Source of the DNA: Clostridia bacterium
GTDB lineage: Bacteria > Bacillota > Clostridia > Oscillospirales > CAG-272
NCBI GenBank assembly: GCA_017537175.1
Contig: JAFYLH010000001.1
Location: forward strand, 15,387 to 79,386
Length of the DNA stretch: 64,000 bases
Direction: 5' to 3'
Shown: piece by piece, positions 26,832 to 34,830 of the stretch
How the letters are laid out: each line of letters starts with the position of its first letter
How positions within the stretch are numbered: the first letter of the stretch is position 1
Position numbers and translations under genes: made by a program
Notes under the pieces: model-generated
What the model saw: the letters and a program-made list of their open reading frames with translations, nothing else
Database searches by the model: none
Told to the model about the DNA's origin: nothing

Positions 26832-27632
26832 TTATGCCCAAGCGATGGAAAGAGCGAATTGCTGATCCTGCATAGACCAAGAACCGGAACAATCCTTATC
26901 CATACCCTCAAGCCAGATAGCAACAGTTACGAGCTTGTCGCCTGCCTCGTCAAACTTGATTGAGTAGCCGTCGTTACCGAGAGCAGCCTGAGTTCTTGCT
27001 GCTGCAAAGCCGGTAGCTGCGTCATCAGCGGGAACGAAAAGCTGAGTACCGTCATCCTTAACGCTTACAGCACCTGCTGCGTTGCAAGGTCTGTAGGAGT
27101 CAGCGGAATCAACATCGATATCATAGATGGTCATTTCGCCCTGCTCTGCAGTATCACTTACGCCGAGAGCGTACTTGATGCCAGCCTGGAAGGTAGCGTT
27201 AGCAGATGTGTTAACATTGATAGTAGCTGTACCAGCCTTAGGAGCTCTTACCCAGAAGCTGAAGAGCATGTAGCCTGCAGCGTCAGCATCAGCGGTTGTC
27301 CAGTTGTTAGCTGTATCGCTGTATGTAGCAGGATAGAAGCTCTTTGCATCAGCTGTAGAGTGAGCAACGAATGCCTCGTCAATGATAGCCCAATCAGCTG
27401 CGGTATCCCAGTCTACAACATTAAGTGTAGGCTTGAATGCACCTGCGGAGTAGTTGCTGGATGCGTCAGCAGCAGCAAGAAGAAGAGCTCCGTCGGATGC
27501 GGTTACATCGATCTTGAAAGCCTCAATAGAGTTGGTGTTAGCGGATGTGAACCATGCATAAGATGCTGTTGCTAAGCACATAAGAGCTACGAGCAGAACA
27601 GCTGTAGAAGTAATTAAAGCTTTTCTTTTCAT
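26832..27632 (-). CDS. Secreted TasA/camelysin-like protein, candidate major fibre subunit
   Basis: 266 aa. The N-terminus MKRKALITSTAVLLVALMCLATASYAWFTSAN fits the SipW-cognate signal class. The body is Ala/Asp/Thr-rich, the C-terminus carries IWLEGMDKDC, and the AGGAGG RBS is strong. Confidence 0.6.
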   Translation of the reverse strand: MKRKALITSTAVLLVALMCLATASYAWFTSANTNSIEAFKIDVTASDGALLLAAADASSNYSAGAFKPTLNVVDWDTAADWAIIDEAFVAHSTADAKSFYPATYSDTANNWTTADADAAGYMLFSFWVRAPKAGTATINVNTSANATFQAGIKYALGVSDTAEQGEMTIYDIDVDSADSYRPCNAAGAVSVKDDGTQLFVPADDAATGFAAARTQAALGNDGYSIKFDEAGDKLVTVAIWLEGMDKDCSGSWSMQDQQFALSIAWA

Positions 27633-27789
27633 TTTAGATTTCCTCCTAAAATAAGATAAATTGATATTATATATTTACGCCTATCCCGATTATCCTTGCG
27701 TGTACAATCTGCCATACACTTGGGGTTTAACCCCGGGACTCAGGAAAAAATCGGCTAAAATATAACTAAGTTAGATTACATTACAGGAA

Positions 27790-28620
27790 TCATTCGGATG
27801 TTTCTTTTGCTGATTCCTTATATTTGTTTTGAACATTGAAGTTCATTTCAAATTTAAGTGAGTTGCCGAATATGTCATTGTTACATTCCGGATCTTCGCC
27901 CTCGAGCCACATTACTACTGTGTATCTGTCTGTTACACCGGGATCGATCTCGTTATTAGCAACCTCTAATAGATCAGGTTCTCCTAAAAACTCAACGGTG
28001 TCGGCTTCAAGTGGAGTTCCTTCGATAGGTGCTTTTGCCCATACAACACTTTCACCGTTTCGTATGATCATAATTCTTATGGCATCAAGTGCATCAACCT
28101 GTTTGTTGATAAGCTTATCAACAAGAATCATATCATAAGTATAACGGATAGGCTCATCTGTAACATTCTTTAAATGGAATGTATAAGCAAGATAACTGGG
28201 ATCCTTTTCGGTAGGCGTGGGCTTATTAAGCGAAGTTTTGCTATGAGCACCTCCGTCAACCTCAGTATGTATATTTTCAGGAATCCAGGATCGCCCATTG
28301 TGCCAAAGATCATGAACACTTGTACCCTTGAGCAGAATCGTAGGATCATCGAAATTACTTGTTTCACAAAGTGATATAAGATTTCGCTGACCTTTGTCGA
28401 TCTTTACGGTGAAATCGCCAAATTCATCACCTGATCCGGCACCACCCTGCCAGAAGAACAAGAATAACAGGTATAAAATTATTACTAACAACAACAGCGA
28501 TACTACAATCCATTTTGTTACCTTTATGCGTTGCTGCAGCTTTGCCGTCCTTTGACCGGATCGCTTGACTGCTATCGCGTTAGCAACAGGATCATTACTG
28601 TTGAAATTTTTTCCAGCCAA
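27790..28620 (-). CDS. Membrane-anchored paralogue of the fibre subunits (TapA-like anchor candidate)
   Basis: 276 aa with a TTG start. A ~35-aa cytoplasmic basic tail precedes one TM helix (WIVVSLLLLVIILYLLFLFFW). The extracellular domain ends in MWLEGEDPEC, the same motif as the 266-aa protein. Confidence 0.5.
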   Translation of the reverse strand: MAGKNFNSNDPVANAIAVKRSGQRTAKLQQRIKVTKWIVVSLLLLVIILYLLFLFFWQGGAGSGDEFGDFTVKIDKGQRNLISLCETSNFDDPTILLKGTSVHDLWHNGRSWIPENIHTEVDGGAHSKTSLNKPTPTEKDPSYLAYTFHLKNVTDEPIRYTYDMILVDKLINKQVDALDAIRIMIIRNGESVVWAKAPIEGTPLEADTVEFLGEPDLLEVANNEIDPGVTDRYTVVMWLEGEDPECNNDIFGNSLKFEMNFNVQNKYKESAKETSE

Positions 28621-28695
28621 GTTTTCACCGCCCTTCCATTAGATTCATCTTCGGGCGGATAATATCCGCCCCTACAGGGTCAGATAACCAACCCG

Positions 28696-29493
28696 TCAAA
28701 ATGCAGAGATTTCCCTTTCGGGAGTCGAGAAATAGTTGCCCTCTATAAGGAAGCAACGCATTCTCTTCATTTCGTTAAGCTGTTCCTTGGTGTCAATACC
28801 GTCGGCAATTACAAGGACATTAAGCTTTTCGCATAGCTCTACTATACCCTCGGTAATACCGGCTGCTCGCTCACTTACCGCAACATCACGGGTGAAGTCA
28901 CGGTTGAGCTTGACATAATCGACCTCGAAGGTCGCCAGCTTACGAAGCGAGGTGGACTCAGAGCCAAAGTCTGTGATGCACACCTTGGCACCGCCCTCAC
29001 GGAGCAATCTGATATTTTCAAAAAGCTGATCTGTTCCTGCCATAAGCTCGGCTTCGTTTATCTGAATACCAAAGCGCTTATGGGGTATCTCGTATTTAGC
29101 CAGTATCTTGGTAAATTCGGTATAGAAATCAGCTCTGGTAAGATATCTTGCCGTAAGTGTTATAAAGATACGGTGGATATGCTTACCGTAGGAGTTCTGA
29201 CGCTTAATAAGCTCACAGACCTCCTCAATCTGCCACTTGCCTACACGGGATGCAAGCTGATTTCTGCCCGCAACCGCGGCAACGCGGTCATATGTAAGTG
29301 TGCCGAGTTTCTTGTCATTGATTACAAGTGCGGCATCGTAACCTAAGATGATATTGGAGTTGGTATCGTATATCTGCATAAACAGATATTCCATAGGACG
29401 AAGCTCTGTTGCGCGCTTGCGTCTGGGACGCTTTGCCGCAGGCTTCTTTCCCTTCTCCTTTATCTCGGTTTTTACTTTTGTTTCTTCTGCCAT
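28696..29493 (-). CDS. Degenerate EAL-domain protein with a Lys/Arg-rich N-terminal tail
   Basis: 265 aa. The layout is EAL-like, but the signature positions are substituted: EAL becomes DAA (GYDAALV), EITE becomes QINEAE, DDFGTGYSS becomes TDFGSESTS, KID becomes KLN, and the AEGVE...QG positions read ADGID...EGNYF. Confidence 0.65.
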   Translation of the reverse strand: MAEETKVKTEIKEKGKKPAAKRPRRKRATELRPMEYLFMQIYDTNSNIILGYDAALVINDKKLGTLTYDRVAAVAGRNQLASRVGKWQIEEVCELIKRQNSYGKHIHRIFITLTARYLTRADFYTEFTKILAKYEIPHKRFGIQINEAELMAGTDQLFENIRLLREGGAKVCITDFGSESTSLRKLATFEVDYVKLNRDFTRDVAVSERAAGITEGIVELCEKLNVLVIADGIDTKEQLNEMKRMRCFLIEGNYFSTPEREISAF

Positions 29494-29518
29494 AGTAAGT
29501 TTTCCTTTTCTGCAGAAA

Positions 29519-32500
29519 TTAGATTGTCAGCCAATCGGTGGTTGCAGTTACAAGATTGCCGCTTGCATCCTTGTAAATTGCATAACCGTAGCCGTAGTAT
29601 GCACCTGCCTTAAGTCGGAGCTTAAAGGTGCCGTTGATGCTAAAGTCTGTGGTCGTCAGTCTGTAAGTAGCTGAAGTATCACACAGCTGATCAAATGTAA
29701 CCTGTGTGCTTGCGGTAGTCAAAAGGAAACCGCTTTCCACCAAGGTGTATCCGTCAGGCGCATTTCGCTGAATAATAACCGTGTCATTACTGTTACTTAA
29801 CAAAACCACACCTGCTGCAGCTGTGCCCGAGTATACTGCCGTAATGTTTGCATCACAGGATACCCTGTGCTTGTATACAGGCTCGTAGCTTACAAATCTA
29901 CCACCTATCTGCCATCCTACAAAGTTTTTGGCATCGGTCATAAGAGTCAACACTTCGTCATAAAGCGCACTGTGTGTCTTGTTCATTGCTGTGTAGGTTG
30001 AACCGGATACAGTTATACTGTATGAGGTGTCACTCTTATATTCATAGTACAATGCACTGTCTATAACAGTATCACCGGCTACACCTGTCTTTGTACGGGA
30101 GGATGAAGCAGGATATAGCTGCCACGGATCATCCGAGCTTCTAAGCAGCTTATTATTGCGATCAATATAGAAGCCGTTCTTACTGCCCTCACTTACAAAC
30201 TGCGCCGTCATAGCACAATGTGACACGATGGTAAAGGTATATGTTGACCTGTTGGTCAATATACGGTCGGATTTTAACCTGAGATTAACATCACTCGTAC
30301 CACTCTTATGGTTATTATTCCAGGTGAAATATGCGAACTCATAGCCCGATGCTGCAGCTACATTGGATATCGAAACCTGTGTACCGTAGATACATTTGAA
30401 GGTTTTGGTTTCGGTAATATTGCTGTCGGTAACCGGCTCGCTCACACCCGGCGCGGTATAGGTTACGGTTGCAAAGGAGCTTGCGCCCTTACCGCCCTCA
30501 ACCAAGGTAAAGTTAACTACCTTTGTCCACTGAGCATAAAGGGTAATGCCGGGCTCCATAAACAGACATGCCGCGGTTGTGGGCGACATTGTAAAGTTTA
30601 CGGAATAGGAGGTACCCGTACCGTCAGCCTTGGTGTTCCAGGATGTGATAACATAGTTATCGGTTGTAAACAGATTACTGTTGTAGGTAACATATTCCCC
30701 ATAGGGAGAAACAAGACTGTAAACAGTATCTCCTCCGGTATAGCCCTCATTATCGGGGGTCTGGCCTACAGGATAATTAGCCTTGTATGCAACGGTATAA
30801 TCCCATTGCTGATAGTATGCATACTGCTCGGTAAATGCGGGATTAAGTGTTCCGAATCCATTAGGATATGTCAGCTTTAATCCCGAGCCGTATACCTGAT
30901 AACCCGTGGTATAGGAATTACTGTTATAGTCGGTATAAGCCTTGTATCTTTGCTGACCTACCTCGGAATACGGAGCATGAAAGTATACACCCTTACCGCC
31001 GTACGGAAGAATATCATGATAGTTATGCAGCGTTGCTGCAGTTCCTCCGTCATACTGGTAGGGGATCAAACCCATCTTGAATGCTTCCCAAGAGGGATAA
31101 TGAACAGAATCCAAAAGATTATAAGAGCCGAGGGTAGTTATCTCGGTATATATGAACATAATCGGATATACTACTTCCTTAAACTCGGTTTTGGTGCTTA
31201 CAAACCGTTTATCACCTGCAGAGGTATAAAAGGTATTGCCGTTAACCGTCTGCTTATTCGCGGTTATAAGCTCATCAGAGCTTGTGTTACCCTCGGGGTC
31301 ACATACCACCGTGGGGAATGTGAAGTGTGCGCCTTCGCCGATATATATGGTATATCGCTTTGGTTCCTTGGCGATAACCACACCTTTTTCAACAAACTCT
31401 TCCTTATATACATTGATATTAAAATCACATATATACTGCTCATGAGAAGAGGGTGTGAATTTATACGCGTCGATATAATCCTCATCGGGATCATATGCAA
31501 ACAGAGGTTCGCATACAACAGGATATTTGGTACCGTTATATTCTACATAATCCATACCCGCGCTGTACGGTTTATATACACCGTTTTCGGTAGGCCTGTA
31601 ATAGATATAGTACATTGTACCGCCGGACTTTTCATTCGGATCAAAGTAGGCGTTGTTATAAGCACCGCCGTTCATATGTGCGTACTTATTGTTGGCATAA
31701 TAGGTACTGAGATAACCTACCGAATACTCGTATCTATCGTTATCTTCATCATAATACTCATAGTGTGCATAAATGATACTGTCGGATGCATGCTGGTAAA
31801 GCTGACCTTCGTTCCAGGTTGCGCAATCGATAAGATGATCATTATTTTCTATATGAGCCTTACCGCTGTGCTTCCATCCTACACTTACATGCAGCACACC
31901 GTTTACAGTATGCTTTGCCGTAGGAATGTAGTAGAGACAGTCCTTGTAGGTCTGCCCTGCCATGATAGCCATTACACCGTATCTGCGGTTAGAGTCAACT
32001 ATGACACCGTCACCGTGAGGTGCTTCGCCATTGTTGTCTCTGTTAACACCGCCGTCAAATACTACTTCGTAGTATCCTTCGGTGTAAATAGCATACAGTT
32101 CCAGATGGGTATTTCTTAAGGGACCTGAACCCTCAACACCCTCACCGGGGTCTTCGTAATCGTCATCAAAAATATACTGCCAACCGTATTTATTATCATG
32201 AGTTACATACTGTTGTTTACCGCGGGAATCATAGTATGTCCAACCTACCCAGGCAGCTTCGGTATTCTTGGCTGCAACAAGACAAGGATTGAAATCGATA
32301 CAGATCCTGGGATCGTTGTCATCGTCGATATAGTCGATCACTCGACTTGTAGCCTTATCGAATATAAGGTTATCAGAGGTTTCGCTAAGCTTGAACAGAT
32401 CCTCCATAGGAAGATTTTCAGAAAGACAGATGTCTCCGCTCTTGTTCCAAAGCTTAACTCTATATCCGTATGCACCTATCCTGTTACACTCGGGACAGGT

Positions 32501-34564
32501 TCCGTAATCACGCTGTTCACCGTCTTCCCAGGATAAGGTGTGATAATTGCCGTTATCGTCCTTGTGGTCACACCACCAGCGCCACATAGCAACTATCTGT
32601 ACGTCACCTTCATACTCGTGTACAGCATCGCCCCAGCCTTCTTCGGGAGTAAAGAGCTTGTTGACAAAATTGCCGCTTTCATCCTTGACCATCATGCCCC
32701 AACCCTTAAAGGTATAGTTGGTTCTGGTGGGCTCGGGAAAACCGCCGACTATAGTAGCAATAGAATTGTTTAATGCTATGCCGTATTCCAAGGAATATCC
32801 GCTCTCCATAGTTGCGGGATTCACAGCGTCATCGTTAAGATTGAAGATGATCTTATATGGAGTATCGATCCATACAGCATCCAATGTTATATTCTGCCCG
32901 AAATAATAGGTCTGGTTCTCACCCCAGCCCTCGGTCCAGTGATGGTCGGTACGGTTATTCCACTGCCATCCGCCAAAGGCATAGCCCTCACGGGTGGGTG
33001 CCGGGAATCCGCCGATAACATCGTTGAAGTACTGTCCGTCAAGGAAGGTATAGGTCGTATTGTATCCGGACGGCATTGTACCGCCTTTCAAATTAAATGT
33101 TAAAGTACGCTGTGTTTTCGGTGTATATTCTGCCTTGAACACAGTACTGCCTACAGGATCGGGTCTGTATCTGCTGGATGCCCAGGTAGAGGAGGTATAT
33201 ATGCCTCCCTTGACACCGTTATTGTAAACCCTCCATCCTGTGAAGGTATAACCCGGTAATGTAGGCACGGGAATGGTAGGACTGACCGCATCTGAAAGAA
33301 GATCGTCATAGTGAATCTCTACCACGGTATCAACACCCTCAGGCATTGTAGCTGCCCTCGGAGGATCAACAGTATCATCCTGTCCGGGCTCAAATGTAAT
33401 TGTGTATGTCTCCTTACCGTATATGGCATGGAGTGTATAGTTAACTGCTGACGAAAATGTTGTGTCAGCCTCTTCTGCGTAAGGGTCAATCGACCAGCCG
33501 AGGAATTTAGCTCCCGGCTTAGTCGCACTGAAGTTCGGTTCAACGGGAACCGAGGCGTTTTCATTTGTGGTCTTCAGCTCGTAGGTGTCGACTTTTGTAG
33601 GCTGATCTATTGCTGTACCGTTAACAACAAGCTTACCGCCGTTTGCGTTAAATGTAACGTTTATACGCTTTTTATTAAAGCTGCGGCAGACAGTACATCT
33701 GTACAGATCATATCTGTTCTCACCATCAGAAGTAACCCACTGTCTGGTGTGGTCGATCTTGGGTATAGCGGTCGTGAATGTTTCGCCGCAATTATTACAC
33801 TTTTGGGTCTTGGAGCCTTCCTGTGTACAGGTAGCGGCAACCGTGCTTGTTACAGTTGTGGAAGTGTGCAGACACTTCCAAACAGCTGTCATTGTAGCAT
33901 CGCCGGTTAATGTATAATAATTGTTTTCCCAGCTGCCTGTGTGAAGACCGAAAATTTTGTTGTAATCATAATACTGAAATTCGTATCCGTCTCTCACAGG
34001 AGTGGGAAATGAGTTGTTAAATGCTTCCTTGTAAGACTGATTATACTTGATAGAATATGCTTTGGTGTTAGAACCATTTATCTTGCCGCCATTGGCATCA
34101 AGGGTTAGTGTATAGGTTTTTGGGATCCAGCAAGGATTGAGATACCAAACTCGGTTTGCGGTAGTTTCTATTGCAACCTCTGATCCAAACGGTCCTATCC
34201 AACCGTCAACTCCGTTGTTGGAGTAGTAGTACGAACCGGAAAAATCATATCCGGTACGGCTAAAGGCGGGATTTGAAAACAGATTACTATATGCGGTGGG
34301 AGCAAAAAGATTTCCCGGGGTCGTCGGATTAGTGCTTGTTCCGCATACGATACCGTACCAGTTAGGAAGACCGTTTCCTGTCTGCTCGGAAAAATAAACT
34401 GTATTAAGATTAACCGTAGTAGCGTCACCCATGTATATATACATAAAAACATTATGAGCCGCATTACCGGATAAATCGAAATATACGAATGAGCTTAAAA
34501 TCGTAAGAAGAGCCATAATAAATGTTATAACACGCTTGACGGAATGAAGCTGTGTATTTGTCAT
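29519..34564 (-). CDS. Giant (about 1681 aa) secreted/anchored protein with Listeria-Bacteroides (Flg_new) repeats
   Basis: I trimmed the start to MTNTQLHS, which has a GGAG RBS 9 nt upstream. The N-terminal signal-anchor is followed by at least 5 modules of the type YT(L/I)TF.ANGG ... GY.F.GW ... AVW. There are two Cys4 zinc-ribbon-like inserts (CNNCG...CTVC and CDH...CPEC) and a long Tyr/Asn-rich C-terminal region. Confidence 0.8.
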   Translation of the reverse strand: MTNTQLHSVKRVITFIMALLTILSSFVYFDLSGNAAHNVFMYIYMGDATTVNLNTVYFSEQTGNGLPNWYGIVCGTSTNPTTPGNLFAPTAYSNLFSNPAFSRTGYDFSGSYYYSNNGVDGWIGPFGSEVAIETTANRVWYLNPCWIPKTYTLTLDANGGKINGSNTKAYSIKYNQSYKEAFNNSFPTPVRDGYEFQYYDYNKIFGLHTGSWENNYYTLTGDATMTAVWKCLHTSTTVTSTVAATCTQEGSKTQKCNNCGETFTTAIPKIDHTRQWVTSDGENRYDLYRCTVCRSFNKKRINVTFNANGGKLVVNGTAIDQPTKVDTYELKTTNENASVPVEPNFSATKPGAKFLGWSIDPYAEEADTTFSSAVNYTLHAIYGKETYTITFEPGQDDTVDPPRAATMPEGVDTVVEIHYDDLLSDAVSPTIPVPTLPGYTFTGWRVYNNGVKGGIYTSSTWASSRYRPDPVGSTVFKAEYTPKTQRTLTFNLKGGTMPSGYNTTYTFLDGQYFNDVIGGFPAPTREGYAFGGWQWNNRTDHHWTEGWGENQTYYFGQNITLDAVWIDTPYKIIFNLNDDAVNPATMESGYSLEYGIALNNSIATIVGGFPEPTRTNYTFKGWGMMVKDESGNFVNKLFTPEEGWGDAVHEYEGDVQIVAMWRWWCDHKDDNGNYHTLSWEDGEQRDYGTCPECNRIGAYGYRVKLWNKSGDICLSENLPMEDLFKLSETSDNLIFDKATSRVIDYIDDDNDPRICIDFNPCLVAAKNTEAAWVGWTYYDSRGKQQYVTHDNKYGWQYIFDDDYEDPGEGVEGSGPLRNTHLELYAIYTEGYYEVVFDGGVNRDNNGEAPHGDGVIVDSNRRYGVMAIMAGQTYKDCLYYIPTAKHTVNGVLHVSVGWKHSGKAHIENNDHLIDCATWNEGQLYQHASDSIIYAHYEYYDEDNDRYEYSVGYLSTYYANNKYAHMNGGAYNNAYFDPNEKSGGTMYYIYYRPTENGVYKPYSAGMDYVEYNGTKYPVVCEPLFAYDPDEDYIDAYKFTPSSHEQYICDFNINVYKEEFVEKGVVIAKEPKRYTIYIGEGAHFTFPTVVCDPEGNTSSDELITANKQTVNGNTFYTSAGDKRFVSTKTEFKEVVYPIMFIYTEITTLGSYNLLDSVHYPSWEAFKMGLIPYQYDGGTAATLHNYHDILPYGGKGVYFHAPYSEVGQQRYKAYTDYNSNSYTTGYQVYGSGLKLTYPNGFGTLNPAFTEQYAYYQQWDYTVAYKANYPVGQTPDNEGYTGGDTVYSLVSPYGEYVTYNSNLFTTDNYVITSWNTKADGTGTSYSVNFTMSPTTAACLFMEPGITLYAQWTKVVNFTLVEGGKGASSFATVTYTAPGVSEPVTDSNITETKTFKCIYGTQVSISNVAAASGYEFAYFTWNNNHKSGTSDVNLRLKSDRILTNRSTYTFTIVSHCAMTAQFVSEGSKNGFYIDRNNKLLRSSDDPWQLYPASSSRTKTGVAGDTVIDSALYYEYKSDTSYSITVSGSTYTAMNKTHSALYDEVLTLMTDAKNFVGWQIGGRFVSYEPVYKHRVSCDANITAVYSGTAAAGVVLLSNSNDTVIIQRNAPDGYTLVESGFLLTTASTQVTFDQLCDTSATYRLTTTDFSINGTFKLRLKAGAYYGYGYAIYKDASGNLVTATTDWLTI

Positions 34565-34662
34565 TATTATCAACTCCTCTCTCAAAAATTGTATGCCTGA
34601 ACTATAAATTTTATGTTCACAGACAAATGGGCATAACTATACCTATAGTTACTCGTTATTAT

Positions 34663-34691
34663 ATAATAGCACTTTTTCCTTTAGTTGTCAA
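34663..34691 (-). promoter_or_regulatory. Putative promoter of the fibre operon
   Basis: In minus-sense: TTGACA (34691-34686), a 17-nt spacer, then TATTAT (34668-34663). This implies a ~90-nt 5' UTR. Confidence 0.4.
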
Positions 34692-34785
34692 GTACTACCG
34701 GTGCTTTTGTTAATATTCGCTTAACATATTGATTGTTCAATATTTTTGTATGTTTGTAAACATATAGTTTTCCCTATATATAATA

Positions 34786-34826
34786 AAAGGAAGGTTTTCG
34801 TTCAAAAAAACGAAAATCTTCCTGAA
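34786..34826 (-). terminator. purF terminator
   Basis: Hairpin AGGAAGATTTTCGTT-TTTTTG-AACGAAAACCTTCCT followed by TTTTATTAT (minus-sense), immediately after the purF stop. Confidence 0.6.
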
Positions 34827-34830
34827 TTTA

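Noticed and set aside
30308-32536. Several plus-strand ORFs (190, 389 and 112 aa) inside the giant protein gene.
   Set aside because: They are antisense to a gene with clear repeat-domain signatures. Their compositions (Ile/Cys/Arg-rich) are typical of antisense frames of Tyr/Asn/Thr-rich coding sequence.
34565-34662. c-di-GMP (GEMM) riboswitch in the 5' UTR of the fibre operon, considered because of the EAL-like gene.
   Set aside because: The ~90-nt UTR contains only a small AACTATA-GG-TATAGTT hairpin. I saw nothing resembling the GEMM-I or GEMM-II conserved cores.
16960-34830. Mobile genomic island interpretation of the fibre operon (integrase, transposase, flanking direct repeats).
   Set aside because: No recombinase or transposase gene, and no flanking direct repeats, were seen. 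The block is bounded only by ordinary terminators and a promoter, so horizontal origin remains untested.
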